The notes below the pieces were generated by a model. That model did not search any database, was not told the origin of the DNA, and saw nothing but the letters and a program-made list of their open reading frames with translations. This document shows positions 51,925-63,493 of a DNA stretch of 64,000 bases, piece by piece; positions within the stretch are counted from its first letter, which is position 1, and every line of letters begins with the position of its first letter. Both the position numbers and the translations under genes were made by a program. Source of the stretch: Microcoleus sp. (GTDB lineage Bacteria > Cyanobacteriota > Cyanobacteriia > Cyanobacteriales > Microcoleaceae); the NCBI GenBank assembly GCA_042408215.1, contig JAYFMW010000030.1:288001-352000 (forward strand). Direction: 5' to 3'.

Positions 51925-53742
51925 ATGTTTAAGAAAGATAAATCTTCCCTGCTGTTCACGATCGGAGCAGCCACACTGCTGATCGGTTTAGGCTTCATCA
52001 CCTACTTGATCGTCATCTCCCGTGGGCCCGGCAAAGATTTGCCAGCCGGCGCAACGGTTGTTCCCCAAGATACCATGATGGCCATCTCCATCAGCACCCA
52101 GGAATCGGAGTGGAAAAGACTGCGAGAGTTTGGTACCCCGGAGTCAAAAGCCTCCTTTGAAAAATTTTTAGCAGAAGTGCGCGATCGACTCCTGACAACC
52201 AACGGCTACGGCTACCAACAAGACATCCAACCGTGGGTGGGAAACACGATCATGGTTGCCTTTCTGCGAAACAAAGTAGCAATACCAGTCCCCCCGCCCT
52301 CGCCCAACGCGCCCCCGCCTCCCCCAATCCAACAGTCAGTAGCAATTATTCTGCCAATTGCCAACCCGATTAGAGCCAAAGAATTATTAGCAAAACCCAG
52401 ACCCCTCAACCAAGGAAAAATGGTTGAGCGCAATTACAAAGGGGTGCAAGTCACTGAAACTCAAGGCATACCCGATCGCAACTTCTCAGTCGCCGTACTC
52501 GGTACCAACTATCTAGCAGTCACCACAGATCCCACCGCCACCGACAGAATAATTGACACCTACAAAGGCGAACCTTCCCTAGCAAAAACCCCCGGTTATG
52601 GAGACGCCCTAGAACAAATAAAAAGTCCAGGCGCCTTCGGTCAAATCTACGTCAACATCCCCGTTGCAGCAGCCTTTGCAGCCGTCAACTCAGCCCGCGA
52701 ATTTTCGCCGGAAAACCTCGAAAAATTGCAACAAAATCAGGGATTTGCCACCACAGTTACGCTGGATACCGATGGAATTGGATTCAAATCAATCTCTTGG
52801 CTGAAACCCGACAGCAAGAAAAAAATAGCAGTAGAAAACAACGCTGAAAAAATGGCTAACCGTCTGCCAAATAACACAATAATGATGGTATCCGGTGGCA
52901 ACTTGCAGCGTTTGTGGCAAGATTACGTATTAGGCTCTGGTGCTAACCCGATCGCCCCGATCGATCCCCAAGTTTTGCGAACAGCCCTAAAATCCACCAC
53001 AGGTATGGATTTAGACAAAGACTTAATCAACTGGATGGCTGGGGAATTTTCTTTATCTTTAATACCAGCCCCCGCGTCGAATCCCAAAGACAAATTTGCT
53101 GCTGGATTTGTGTTTATGGTAGAAACAAACAACCGTCGCGCTGCCGACAAATCCCTCAAACAGCTTGATGACATCATGAGAACTAAAGGGTTTAGAGTCG
53201 AGGAAATTCAAGCCGGCGGCCAACCCGCGATTAAATGGACATCGCGCTTTGGAGGAATAACAGTTACTCGTGGCTGGATGAAAGATGTAGCGTTTTTAAC
53301 AGTAGGAGCACCTGTATTAGATGCGATCGTTCCAGCACCGAAAAGTCCGCTTTTAAGCAGCGAATTGTTCCAAAAAACAGTGCGATCGCAACTTAAGCCC
53401 CACAACGGCAATTTCTTCATCGACACAGAGACTGCATTCAACCCGAAAAACTTAGCTTTGCCGGAATTTCCCCCCAGTCAAAAAATCTGGATAGACGCCA
53501 TGCGATCCATCGGCGTTACAGCTTCAGTAATTGGCGATCGTACCACCCGCTACGACGCTTTTGTCAACCTCAAAAAATCAGAACAATCCACTCCTTCATC
53601 GACTCCTTCTCCAACTCCCTTGTCTCCTAGTTCATCTTCCCCAACTCCCTCTTCTGCGACTCCTTCTTCCCCATCCCCATCCCCATCCTTATCCCCATCC
53701 CCATCCCCATCCCCATCCCCATCCCCATCCCCATCCCCCTGA
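51925..53742 (+). CDS. DUF3352 domain protein with (SP)n tail
   Basis: N-terminal TM, GA..VPQD, DIQPWVG, WMAGEF; CCATCC tandem repeats at 3' end. Confidence 0.85.
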   Translation: MFKKDKSSLLFTIGAATLLIGLGFITYLIVISRGPGKDLPAGATVVPQDTMMAISISTQESEWKRLREFGTPESKASFEKFLAEVRDRLLTTNGYGYQQDIQPWVGNTIMVAFLRNKVAIPVPPPSPNAPPPPPIQQSVAIILPIANPIRAKELLAKPRPLNQGKMVERNYKGVQVTETQGIPDRNFSVAVLGTNYLAVTTDPTATDRIIDTYKGEPSLAKTPGYGDALEQIKSPGAFGQIYVNIPVAAAFAAVNSAREFSPENLEKLQQNQGFATTVTLDTDGIGFKSISWLKPDSKKKIAVENNAEKMANRLPNNTIMMVSGGNLQRLWQDYVLGSGANPIAPIDPQVLRTALKSTTGMDLDKDLINWMAGEFSLSLIPAPASNPKDKFAAGFVFMVETNNRRAADKSLKQLDDIMRTKGFRVEEIQAGGQPAIKWTSRFGGITVTRGWMKDVAFLTVGAPVLDAIVPAPKSPLLSSELFQKTVRSQLKPHNGNFFIDTETAFNPKNLALPEFPPSQKIWIDAMRSIGVTASVIGDRTTRYDAFVNLKKSEQSTPSSTPSPTPLSPSSSSPTPSSATPSSPSPSPSLSPSPSPSPSPSPSPSP

Positions 53743-54007
53743 AAAACCCTCATATATAGCAACCGCCAAGACGGTTAGGACGTTCTGAATCGCTGAAACC
53801 ATTGCCCGGAATTGCCCGATCGCATCGACTTCTTGCTTCTTGCTTCTTGCTTCTTGCTTCTTCCTTCGGCTATAGCATTTTAAAAGTCGGCAATTCCAGA
53901 AGCCGGCTTTTTTGTTTGTACAAAAGGAAAGGGCCGAAGCCAATTTTTTGTTGTTTATAAAAGAAACCAAATAATTTTTAACTTTCTGTTTCCTTTCGCC
54001 CTTTTAA

Positions 54008-54219
54008 ATATAGCGGTTTTCAACCGCATGATATCGTTTCCGGTTGCATCGGAATGATTTAACCGCAGAGGGCGCAGAGGGCGCAGAGGGAGAGAAGAGA
54101 GAGATGAATAATTCCGATGCTACCGGATTTGATATGAGGTACAAGCCGATCGATGCCCTAGGCCCAAGGCCCTATGCCCTATGCCCAAGCGTACCTCATT
54201 GAACAGAGAAGGGCTATAT
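54008..54219. mobile_element. Nested MITEs: TNA-duplicating element (54032-54134) inside an ATATAGC...GCTATAT-ended element
   Basis: Inner TIRs flanked by TGA (54029-54031, 54135-54137); outer ends inverted. Confidence 0.7.
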
Positions 54220-54351
54220 GTCATGGGGTAGATACAGCCTCTAGGCAGTGCGAGTTATACTGAGATTCTTAGAGAAAATATCCGATCAGGAAAGTGCAAA
54301 TGCTGACACCAATTTTACTCAAAAATTATCTAAGTGAGTTTTTAATAGACA

Positions 54352-57300
54352 ATGAAAACCACAAGAAACCTTCAAAAGACTCCGAAATTGCTATCAAAAA
54401 AAAGCATAACTCAGATGGCAATTCTTCTGCAAATTGTCCCGATTAATATTTATTTTTTATCGGCAAAAGCACAAGCCCAAACCATTGTTCCATCTCCCAA
54501 CGGAACGGGCACTACCGTTACACCGGCAACCCAAACCGGAACCCCTGCGCCGACAACTCGCTTTGACATCGAAGGCGGAAAATTATCGAGCGATCGGCAA
54601 AATCTCTTCCACAGCTTTGAACAATTCGGATTATCACAAAATCAGATTGCCAACTTTATATCAAACCCCAACATTCGCAACATCTTAGGTCGCATAGGCG
54701 GCGGCAGCCCCTCTATTATTAATGGCTTAATTCAAGTGACCGGCGGCAATTCTAATCTGTTTCTGATGAACCCCTCCGGGATTATATTTGGCAACAATGC
54801 CAGCTTAAACCTGCCCGCTGCTTTCACCGCAACCACCGCCACAGCCATAGGATTTGGTTCTAACTCATTTAACGCCACAGGTATTAACGACTACACCTCC
54901 CTCACAGGCGCGCCCAACTCCTTCACCTTCGGTGCCGGTCAACCAGGAGGAATTATCAACACGGCTGACTTAGCAGTCAAGTCTGGTCAAAACTTAACAT
55001 TGCTGGGCGGTACTGTTGTCAGCAGTGGCACTCTCAGCGCCCCAAACGGTCAAATTACTGTAGCCTCCCTGGCCGGGCAAAATGTAGTGCGCCTCAGCCA
55101 GCAAGGCAATTTGCTGAGTTTGGAAATCGAGCCGCCATCAGCAACAGCGCAAACAGCTTCGACATTGCCGATCGCATCCTTACCAGAACTACTCACAGGT
55201 ATCGGCGCAACTAACGCTACAGGTGTCAGCGTCAATGCTAGCGGTCAAGTTGTACTCACAGCGTCCAACCAAGTAGTAGCAGCCGGCGACGTGGCAGTAC
55301 AAGGTGCAAATGCTCGCGCGATCGCCATTCAAGCAGCCAACAACCTGACAACTGGCAACCTGACGAGTTCCCAAGCAGGCCCGATCGACCTGAAAGCCAA
55401 GGGCGACATTCGCAGCGGCAATCTCGACTCCCACTCCACCGACAACAGCGGCGGCAAAATCACCGTCACCAGCCGTACAGGAAAAGTACAGACAAGCAAC
55501 ATCAATTCTTCCTCCAGCGACAAAAACAGCAACGCCGCGGACATTGAAATTAAAGCAGAATTAAGCATTCAAACAGGGAACATAGACGCCCATTCAGAAG
55601 ATAAACAAGGCGGCTCAGTCACCCTCACCGCCCGCAACGACACCGAAGTCACCTACATCAACACCGAAGGCGCAACAGGCGGAGGAAATATTGACATTAC
55701 CGTCGGCCGTTATTTCCTCGCCACAGGCACTTTCACATCAGAACCCAACTGCTCGCAAGGTTGCAGCCTTTCCGCCTCCACAAGCACCAGTGCGAACGCT
55801 GGCGATATCACCATTCGCCACGGTAACGCAGCCTCGAACACTCTTTTCAGCGTCGGCCCCGACTATAACCAAGTCAACGGTACCGCCGGCATCATCGCCA
55901 CGGGAGGGCGTTCTCTACCAAATACGATTAAAAACGGAAGTTACAGTAATACTAAGCCTCAAGAACAGAAAATAGGGCCGACCACAATTAAGCTTAGCGA
56001 TTCTCCTATTTCGCCGACGCCCGCACCAACTCCTACACCAACGCCCGCACCTACACCGACGCCCGCGCCAACTCCCGCACCAACTCCCGCACCGACGCCC
56101 GCACCGACACCGACACCGACGCCCGCACCGACGCCCGCACCGACACCGACACCGACACCCGCACCGACACCGACACCCGCGCCAACTCCCGCACCGACGC
56201 CCGCACCCGCACCGAAACCCGCACCTGCACCAGCACCAGCGCCAACTCCCGCACCCGCACCCGCACCCGCACCAACTCCCGCACCCGCACCAACTCCCGC
56301 ACCAGCACCCGCACCAACTCCCGCACCAGCACCCGCACCAGCACCCGCACCAGCGCCAACTCCCGCACCAGCACCCCCAGAAACTCCCGCACCAGCGCCA
56401 ACTCCCGCACCAGCACCCCCAGAAACTCCCGCACCAGCGCCAACTCCCGCACCAGCACCCCCAGAAACTCCCGCACCCGCAAAAACGCTAACGCCAACTC
56501 CCGCGCCCGCACCCGTAACAGTTGTGCCGATCGCCCCGATAATTCAAACCCCGACACCCGTAACAGTTGTGCCGATCGCCCCGATAATTCAAACCCCCAC
56601 ACCCGTAACAGTTGTGCCGATCGCCCCGACAATTCCCACACCAGCACCCGTAACAGTCCTGCCGATCGCCCCGACAATTCCCACACCAGCACCCGTAACA
56701 GTCCTGCCGATCGCCCCGATAATTCAAACCCCCACACCAGCACCCGTAACAGTTGTGCCGATCGCCCCGATCGCACCCACACCAGCACCCGTAACAGTTG
56801 TGCCGATCGCCCCCACCATTCCACCTGTAACAGCAGCACCAGTGTCGCCTCCCCCAGTTTCAGTCAATCCCATACCTGTTGCGCCCCCCGTCGCGCCAAT
56901 TAATCTCGCACCGGTAGCGACACCAGATCTTGCTCCTGCACTCCCAGTGAGTCCGCTACCGAACACAAATCCTCTATTTTCCCCGAACTCACAACCGCTT
57001 CGTGAGATATCTAATTCCTTGCAACAGGGCAATTTACCCTCATTGACCCAGAATATCAACATGAACAAATTGCCAAGCGACGTCGGCTCGGTTGTTTTTC
57101 CCGTAGAGGAGAGATTTACCAGGGATTTTGTCGATTATCTGAAGTTACCATCACCAAATGCGATCGCCACCCTAGCAGATGCCCAAAATACACTGAGCCG
57201 CGTCCAAACAGCCACAGGCATTAAACCAGCTCTGATCTATATCAGCTTTCTACCCAAAGGTTCAACCGTCCCTCGCGACTACACCAGTTCGTCCATCTTG

Positions 57301-58362
57301 CGCGTGGAACAGCAAATTCAAGCCAGCGAGGAACTCGAACTGATAGTGGTAACAGCTTCAGGCGATCCCGTTCTCGTGCGGGTCCCCCAAACCTCCCGCA
57401 CCGAAGTCATGGCCCTAGTTCAGAGATTTCGCAATGAACTGACTAATCCGATCAAGCGCAATACTACAAGTTATTTGCCTTTGGCTCAGCAGCTTTATCG
57501 GATGATCCTAGCGCCGATCGAATCTGATCTCCAAGCGCGAGGCATTAACAACTTATCTTTGATCTCAGATGCGGGGCTGCGATCGATACCAATCGCCGCC
57601 CTCCACGACGGCAAAGGCTTTCTGATTGAGCGTTACAGTGTCGGCTCCATGCCCAGTCTGACTTTGACCGATACCAGCACCGCCAATTTCAAAAATACCC
57701 AACTTCTGGCAATGGGGGCGTCGCAATTTCCAGATATGAGTCCTTTACCTGCGGTGGAACTAGAAGTATCCTCGATCACTCCGCAGCAGTGGCCCGGTAA
57801 GTCTTTCTTGAACCAAGCTTTCACTCTGGCAAATTTGCAATCCCAGCGCCAGCAGCAGCCCTTTGGCATAATTCACCTTGCTACCCACGCCGAATTTAGG
57901 TCGGGAGACCCCAGCAATTCTTTCATTCAATTGTGGGATACTAAATTACGCTTAGATCAGTTGCGCCAAATGAGATGGCACAGCCCGCAAGTTGAACTTT
58001 TGGTTTTGAGTGCTTGCAAGACTGCTGTGGGCGATCGGGATGCAGAGTTGGGCTTTGGCGGTTTAGCCGTGCAAGCAGGTGTTAAATCGGCTTTGGCGAC
58101 TCTCTGGTATGTTAGCGACGAGGGGAGTTTGGGATTGATGTCCGAGTTTTACGGCCAGTTAAGAAATGCTCCTATTAAGTCAGAAGCCCTGCGGCAAGCG
58201 CAATTAGCGATGTTGCGCCAAACCGTCCGCATTGAAGGCGGGATGCTGCACACTTCTTCTGGAAACCAGCCACTGCCACCGTCCTTGGCCAACACACCCA
58301 GTCCGAATTTCTCCCATCCCTATTATTGGGCTGGTTTTAGAATGATTGGCAATCCTTGGTAG
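54352..58362 (+). CDS. Filamentous haemagglutinin N-terminal (TPS-like) + Pro/Thr/Ala linker + CHAT domain protein
   Basis: [25 protein letters not shown] and LSACKT CHAT dyad; HPYYWAGF. Confidence 0.92.
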   Translation: MKTTRNLQKTPKLLSKKSITQMAILLQIVPINIYFLSAKAQAQTIVPSPNGTGTTVTPATQTGTPAPTTRFDIEGGKLSSDRQNLFHSFEQFGLSQNQIANFISNPNIRNILGRIGGGSPSIINGLIQVTGGNSNLFLMNPSGIIFGNNASLNLPAAFTATTATAIGFGSNSFNATGINDYTSLTGAPNSFTFGAGQPGGIINTADLAVKSGQNLTLLGGTVVSSGTLSAPNGQITVASLAGQNVVRLSQQGNLLSLEIEPPSATAQTASTLPIASLPELLTGIGATNATGVSVNASGQVVLTASNQVVAAGDVAVQGANARAIAIQAANNLTTGNLTSSQAGPIDLKAKGDIRSGNLDSHSTDNSGGKITVTSRTGKVQTSNINSSSSDKNSNAADIEIKAELSIQTGNIDAHSEDKQGGSVTLTARNDTEVTYINTEGATGGGNIDITVGRYFLATGTFTSEPNCSQGCSLSASTSTSANAGDITIRHGNAASNTLFSVGPDYNQVNGTAGIIATGGRSLPNTIKNGSYSNTKPQEQKIGPTTIKLSDSPISPTPAPTPTPTPAPTPTPAPTPAPTPAPTPAPTPTPTPAPTPAPTPTPTPAPTPTPAPTPAPTPAPAPKPAPAPAPAPTPAPAPAPAPTPAPAPTPAPAPAPTPAPAPAPAPAPAPTPAPAPPETPAPAPTPAPAPPETPAPAPTPAPAPPETPAPAKTLTPTPAPAPVTVVPIAPIIQTPTPVTVVPIAPIIQTPTPVTVVPIAPTIPTPAPVTVLPIAPTIPTPAPVTVLPIAPIIQTPTPAPVTVVPIAPIAPTPAPVTVVPIAPTIPPVTAAPVSPPPVSVNPIPVAPPVAPINLAPVATPDLAPALPVSPLPNTNPLFSPNSQPLREISNSLQQGNLPSLTQNINMNKLPSDVGSVVFPVEERFTRDFVDYLKLPSPNAIATLADAQNTLSRVQTATGIKPALIYISFLPKGSTVPRDYTSSSILRVEQQIQASEELELIVVTASGDPVLVRVPQTSRTEVMALVQRFRNELTNPIKRNTTSYLPLAQQLYRMILAPIESDLQARGINNLSLISDAGLRSIPIAALHDGKGFLIERYSVGSMPSLTLTDTSTANFKNTQLLAMGASQFPDMSPLPAVELEVSSITPQQWPGKSFLNQAFTLANLQSQRQQQPFGIIHLATHAEFRSGDPSNSFIQLWDTKLRLDQLRQMRWHSPQVELLVLSACKTAVGDRDAELGFGGLAVQAGVKSALATLWYVSDEGSLGLMSEFYGQLRNAPIKSEALRQAQLAMLRQTVRIEGGMLHTSSGNQPLPPSLANTPSPNFSHPYYWAGFRMIGNPW
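56013..56822 (+). repeat. Intragenic tandem repeats encoding (PTPA)n, [10 protein letters not shown] and PVTVVPIAP units
   Basis: Seen in DNA and protein. Confidence 0.9.
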
Positions 58363-58394
58363 TCAAGATTAGTCGATCGCGGGGAATTGGATTT

Positions 58395-58732
58395 CCCTTC
58401 TTCCTTCCTCCTTCTTCCTTCTTCCTTCTGACTGACATCCGTTACATCCGTTACATCCGTTACATCCGTTGCCGAACTTCCTTCTTCCTTCTGACTGACA
58501 TCCGTTACATCCGTTACATCCGTTGCAGAATCCGTTGCCGAACTTCCTTCTTCCTTCTGACTGATATCGTTTCCGGTTGCATCGGAATGATTTAACCGCT
58601 CCAGCGCCAGAGGGCGCAGAGGGAGAGAAGAGAGAGATGAATCATTCCGATGCTACCGGATTAGATATGACATCCGTTACATCCGTTACATCCGTTACAG
58701 AATCCGTTGCCGAACTTCCTCCTTCCTCCTTC
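58395..58732. repeat. (ACATCCGTT)n nonamer/pyrimidine repeat cluster with a TNA-duplicating MITE at 58565-58667
   Basis: Tandem nonamers; MITE flanked by TGA (58562-58564, 58668-58670), close match to 54032-54134. Confidence 0.85.
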
Positions 58733-58817
58733 GGCTATAATTCAAAACCCAAAACTCCCGAATCCCAGTACGATCGATCTAGCATCAATAAGTAAAAACT
58801 TTACGGGAGGATTTTTT

Positions 58818-59888
58818 ATGGATCTGGTTGTACTCCAGAACTGGCTCGACAATATCTCTTTTGCCATCCTGTTCTCGACAATGCTGATTTACTGGGCTGG
58901 TGCAGCTTTTCCTGGCATTCCCTATTTGTCGGCCTTGGGAACCGCAGGAATGGCGATCGCCAATCTGTCGATCGCCGCTTTACTCGGTTCCCGCTGGATC
59001 GAAGCCGGCTACTTCCCTCTCAGCAATCTTTACGAATCCCTATTTTTCCTGACTTGGGGAATTACCGCCATCCACCTAGTCGCTGAAAACATGAGCCGAT
59101 CGCGCTTAGTGGGAGTAGCGACATCCCCCGTAGCAATGGCAATTTCCGCCTTTGCCGCCCTGACACTGCCCGCAACCATGCAGTTATCAGAACCCCTAGT
59201 ACCCGCCCTCAAGTCCAACTGGCTGATGATGCACGTCAGCGTCATGATGCTCAGTTACGCAACTTTAATGGTAGGAGCATTACTGGCGATCGCATTCCTG
59301 ATCGTCACCCGCGGCCAAAACATCGAACTCACCGGCAGTTCCTTCGGTACCAGCAGCACCCGCAACGGCAACTACCGCCTCCAACGCCCTCAAAACCCCG
59401 AACCTCAAAGCTTAGAAACCGTCGCCGACAGCGGATTAGCTTTTATTGAACCATCTTTCAACTCCAGCAATAACGGTTTCAGTAACACCGCAGTGCTCGA
59501 ATTGGCAACAGTTCAAACCTCCTCAACCGCTCAATCTCAAACCGCAGAACTTCTCTCGCCCCAGCGCTTGAATCTAGCATCCACTCTTGATAACATTAGC
59601 TATCGGATCATCGGTTTAGGATTCCCTTTACTGACGATCGGCATTATTGCCGGCGGTGTTTGGGCTAACGAAGCTTGGGGCTCTTACTGGAGTTGGGACC
59701 CGAAAGAAACTTGGGCATTGATTACTTGGTTGATTTTTGCTGCTTACCTCCACGCCCGCATTACTCGCGGCTGGCAGGGAAGACGCCCAGCAATTTTAGC
59801 CGCCACAGGTTTTTTGGTAGTTTGGATTTGCTATCTAGGAGTTAATCTATTAGGCAAGGGTTTACATTCCTACGGCTGGTTTTTCTAA
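58818..59888 (+). CDS. ccsA: c-type cytochrome biogenesis protein CcsA (CcsB)
   Basis: [54 protein letters not shown]. Confidence 0.96.
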   Translation: MDLVVLQNWLDNISFAILFSTMLIYWAGAAFPGIPYLSALGTAGMAIANLSIAALLGSRWIEAGYFPLSNLYESLFFLTWGITAIHLVAENMSRSRLVGVATSPVAMAISAFAALTLPATMQLSEPLVPALKSNWLMMHVSVMMLSYATLMVGALLAIAFLIVTRGQNIELTGSSFGTSSTRNGNYRLQRPQNPEPQSLETVADSGLAFIEPSFNSSNNGFSNTAVLELATVQTSSTAQSQTAELLSPQRLNLASTLDNISYRIIGLGFPLLTIGIIAGGVWANEAWGSYWSWDPKETWALITWLIFAAYLHARITRGWQGRRPAILAATGFLVVWICYLGVNLLGKGLHSYGWFF

Positions 59889-60025
59889 TAAAAACACTTG
59901 ACAGTTATTGGTTATGAGTTATTAGTTATTAGTTACCAATAACTGCTAATACATAACCAATAACCAATAACAACAGCAAACAGTCAACTGTCAACTGTCA
60001 ACTATTTCCTGAAAGGACAATTGAG

Positions 60026-60475
60026 ATGGACGATTCGCAAAATTTTCTCAAAGAAGACGATGTTTTGTCTACTTCTGTCAGCGCTTTAATGTATCAATGC
60101 ACCTTTAAAGTCAGCGAATTTTTGACGATTATGCAGTCAAAATTGCCAGAAGAAAAGTTGTTTACCGACGGTATGGATTGCGAACTTTTAAGTGCAGGAA
60201 AAGCTTGGAGAAAAGGAAAAATTAGGCTGCGTTTGGAGTTCTGCCAGAGCGAGCCTGATGTGCCGGCACAAAAAGCCCTGATGGTTCGACTTCGCTCACC
60301 AACCACCGCAGCCTCCGACGCACAAGATATCGCGCCAAACTATCCAGCAGATAGCTCAGACGAAACTGATACAGATGACGAATTAAATATCAGCGACTCA
60401 ACAGCAATAACTAATGATTTTCCTAGTTCTAGGTATCCAGACAATCACCCTCACAGTGTAGGAATGTGGAGTTAA
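60026..60475 (+). CDS. KGK domain protein
   Basis: FTDGMDCELL...WRKGKIRLRLEFC. Confidence 0.85.
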   Translation: MDDSQNFLKEDDVLSTSVSALMYQCTFKVSEFLTIMQSKLPEEKLFTDGMDCELLSAGKAWRKGKIRLRLEFCQSEPDVPAQKALMVRLRSPTTAASDAQDIAPNYPADSSDETDTDDELNISDSTAITNDFPSSRYPDNHPHSVGMWS

Positions 60476-60650
60476 AAGTCATTAGTCATTAGTCATTAGT
60501 CATTAGTCATTAGTCATTAGTTGGTTGTTATTTATTGGTGAGTTGTTGATTGTTAGTTTTTTCCTGATAATAATCAATAACTCATAACCAAAAAACAACC
60601 AATAACTAATAACGAATAACCCATGCCCATTGCCCAATTCCCAATGCCCT

Positions 60651-61748
60651 ATGCCCTATCTGCCCAATGGACAATGGACAAACCTCCACGCTCAACTACA
60701 TCGGACACTTCGGCACCGAAAAATATTGCCGCCAAATCAGCGATCGCTAGTAGCTGTATCCGGCGGACAAGATTCTCTGTGCTTAATCCAATTACTGCTA
60801 GATTTGCAGCCAAAATGGGGCTGGCATCTCGCAATTGCCCACTGCGATCACCGCTGGCGTTCCGATTCAGAAGCTTCGGCCAATCATGTCGCACAATTAG
60901 CTAAAAATTGGGGAATATCCTATTATTTGGAAACCGCCGATCGCGTCGCTACAACAGAAGCCGCCGCCAGACAGTGGCGATATCACAGTTTAACCAAAAT
61001 TGCGATCGCCCACAACTATCCCTACATTGTTACAGGCCACACCCAGAGCGATCGCGCCGAAACTCTTCTCTACAACCTGATTCGCGGCAGCGGTGCAGAC
61101 GGACTTTCAGCCCTCACATGGGTTCGCCCCCTTGCCGATTTTCAATTGGAAAATTTCGATGACAATCCCCAATCCAAAATCCAAAATCCAAAATCCAAAA
61201 TTTATTTAGTTCGTCCCCTACTCGAAATAACTCGATCGCAAACAGGTCAATTTTGTCAAGAGCAAAAACTACCAATTTGGGAAGATTCCACAAATCAAGA
61301 TTTACAATATGCCCGCAACCGCATTCGAGGTGAATTATTACCTTATTTAGAAACTCATTTTAACCCAAAAGTCCAACAAGCACTAGCTCAAACAGCCGAA
61401 ATCCTCCGCGCCGACGTCGAATATCTAGAACTTGCAGCTAGCGAGTTGCTACAGCGCGCAATTTTGGCAATTAACGAACCAGAACAGGTCAATTGTCAAC
61501 TGCCAGTTAAATTAAACCGCCTGATTTTGCGCGAAGCACCCCAAGCCTTACAGCGACGGGCTATGCGACAACTATTACAACAAATATTACCCACCGCACC
61601 CAGCTTTGAAAGCGTAGAAAAACTGACAGGCTTAATCCTAGCCCCCAATCGATCGCAAACCGATCCATTTCCCGGAGGAGCGATCGCTCGAGTCGAACAC
61701 CCTGCGATCATTTTGGATCTGAAATGTGAACTTCCAACTCACACCTAA
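60651..61748 (+). CDS. tilS: tRNA(Ile)-lysidine synthetase
   Basis: AVSGGQDS, EAAARQWRY, TGHTQSDRAET, VRPLL, EDSTN..YARNRIR; start approximate. Confidence 0.94.
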   Translation: MPYLPNGQWTNLHAQLHRTLRHRKILPPNQRSLVAVSGGQDSLCLIQLLLDLQPKWGWHLAIAHCDHRWRSDSEASANHVAQLAKNWGISYYLETADRVATTEAAARQWRYHSLTKIAIAHNYPYIVTGHTQSDRAETLLYNLIRGSGADGLSALTWVRPLADFQLENFDDNPQSKIQNPKSKIYLVRPLLEITRSQTGQFCQEQKLPIWEDSTNQDLQYARNRIRGELLPYLETHFNPKVQQALAQTAEILRADVEYLELAASELLQRAILAINEPEQVNCQLPVKLNRLILREAPQALQRRAMRQLLQQILPTAPSFESVEKLTGLILAPNRSQTDPFPGGAIARVEHPAIILDLKCELPTHT

Positions 61749-63493
61749 GACAGATCGATCAAACCCGATAGAACTTCCCGCAACTGAGCAACTACCTGAG
61801 CTTCCTGCTCACTACTTTGCACAGATCGATCGAGTGTCCCCGCCATCCCTTCCAGCTTTTCGCGCAGCCCCCTCAAATTATCCTGCATCGGCTGCAACAT
61901 TTCTTGATAAACATTCACCCGGCCCCAGAGTTCCGCCACAGAACCTTTCTGGTTGAACACATTCTGCTCTAACTGTTTAATTTCATAGCGCTTCGCCTCA
62001 AGTTCCCCATTTTGGCGGTTGACATTACCATCAATTTGAGCTATGACATCTCGCAACTGCTGAATTTCCTTCTCCAGCCTTTGCAAATCATTCCCCTGTT
62101 GTTGTCGCTGAGTATCGAGCTGTGCAATTATCGGCCCCAAATCCATCTCTCGATCTTGTTTTTGAGGATTCGCAGTACCCAGCCTGCGCCACAGTAACGT
62201 CTGATGCTGGCTCAAAACATCTTCCCGTTCCCGCAACCTCAGCCGCTGTCCCACCAGAGTTTCATTCAACATCTGATAACTTTCCAGCTCATCTGCCATT
62301 TCATTTTCCAAAGCCATGCGATCGTACTCGCTAGCGGCTTGAATTTTCTCTTGCAGTTCCTCAATCGTCTGCTGCTGAAGCGTCAACTCCTCCTCTTGGT
62401 CATTAACAAACCGAAACACCTTTTCTAAATCGTGTTGCAGATTTTTGACTAGCCCCTGCAACTCGTCAACTGGCATCTTCTCCAGAGCTTGCACATCTAC
62501 TACTTGTTGCACCGTACCAGCAGGACCCCGATCGGATGCCAGCCTCGAAACTTGATCTCTGAGCTTCTCCACTGCGCGCACCTGCTCCTCCATCGACTGA
62601 ACCTGCTCCTCCTTAGCGCTGAGGGTACTTTGCTGCCTGGCTCGATCTGCCCTGGCCATACTCAAAGCATCAGCCGCTTGATACCACTCCAGCCAGCGGT
62701 TCTGGATATTTTGATGTTGTCGATCGACCTCTTCTTGCTGCTGCTGAGCATTTGCCCGTTTTTGCTCCAACTGCTGCCAGTGTACATCCAGAATTGCCTG
62801 CTGAGTCCCCACAACAGCAAAAGACTGATTCAGTTGTTCTCGAACCCCTTGTGCCGAAGCAACCGCCTCACCCAGCCTGTTCATCAGCTCCTGAATCCTT
62901 TGGGCCTGCTGTGCATCGACAACCGCCCCCTGCTGCACCTGAGACTGCTGAATCGCCACCTGCTGCTGCTCGCCCCGCAACTGTTCCCAAGCCCTCTCAA
63001 TTTCCTGACGGCTGCTTGCGACCTCATCCCGCAATCGGTTAGCTTCATCTCGAGTATTTTCGATTTCCGAGCGCTGCGCCTCCAGCCGCTCCAACTCATC
63101 CTCCATTTGAGCCAACTGCTCTTCCCGGGCTTGCATTTCCATTTCCCGGCGATTGAGTTCCTGACTCGAAAACGTCAGAGAAGCCTTCCACTGTTCAATT
63201 TCTTCTTCCTTATCCTTAAACTTGTCCTGTAACCGCGAGAAATTTTGCAGAATGCTCACCAACTGGCGGGCCGCCTCCTGAATCCGCTGGACTTGCTTGC
63301 TAGCGCTCAACTCCACCAGCACCAAGGTGCCGTCGTTAAACTTATTAGCTTCCTCCACTGGAATCACATCATCGACCGGGACAGCGCTCCAATTGTGTTC
63401 ACCCCGCTGACAAGCTAGCAGTTTCAGTTCAGCCTTACCGCCACCGAGGCCAAAGCCACTTCTCTGTTTTTGTACTTCTGCTAGATACAGCAC
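61745..63493 (-). CDS. hmpF: Pilus motility/taxis coiled-coil protein HmpF
   Basis: GTG start, LYLAEVQKQ...ELKLLACQR, EEIEQWKASLT..SQELNRRE, ETLVGQR. Confidence 0.88.
   Translation of the reverse strand: MLYLAEVQKQRSGFGLGGGKAELKLLACQRGEHNWSAVPVDDVIPVEEANKFNDGTLVLVELSASKQVQRIQEAARQLVSILQNFSRLQDKFKDKEEEIEQWKASLTFSSQELNRREMEMQAREEQLAQMEDELERLEAQRSEIENTRDEANRLRDEVASSRQEIERAWEQLRGEQQQVAIQQSQVQQGAVVDAQQAQRIQELMNRLGEAVASAQGVREQLNQSFAVVGTQQAILDVHWQQLEQKRANAQQQQEEVDRQHQNIQNRWLEWYQAADALSMARADRARQQSTLSAKEEQVQSMEEQVRAVEKLRDQVSRLASDRGPAGTVQQVVDVQALEKMPVDELQGLVKNLQHDLEKVFRFVNDQEEELTLQQQTIEELQEKIQAASEYDRMALENEMADELESYQMLNETLVGQRLRLREREDVLSQHQTLLWRRLGTANPQKQDREMDLGPIIAQLDTQRQQQGNDLQRLEKEIQQLRDVIAQIDGNVNRQNGELEAKRYEIKQLEQNVFNQKGSVAELWGRVNVYQEMLQPMQDNLRGLREKLEGMAGTLDRSVQSSEQEAQVVAQLREVLSGLIDLS

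Noticed and set aside
56051..57068. Minus-strand ORFs over the CHAT gene linker
   Set aside because: Shadow frames of the Pro/Thr/Ala repeats.
62489..63232. 247-aa plus ORF and other frames antisense to hmpF and ftsH
   Set aside because: Leu-rich shadow ORFs opposite well-supported genes.
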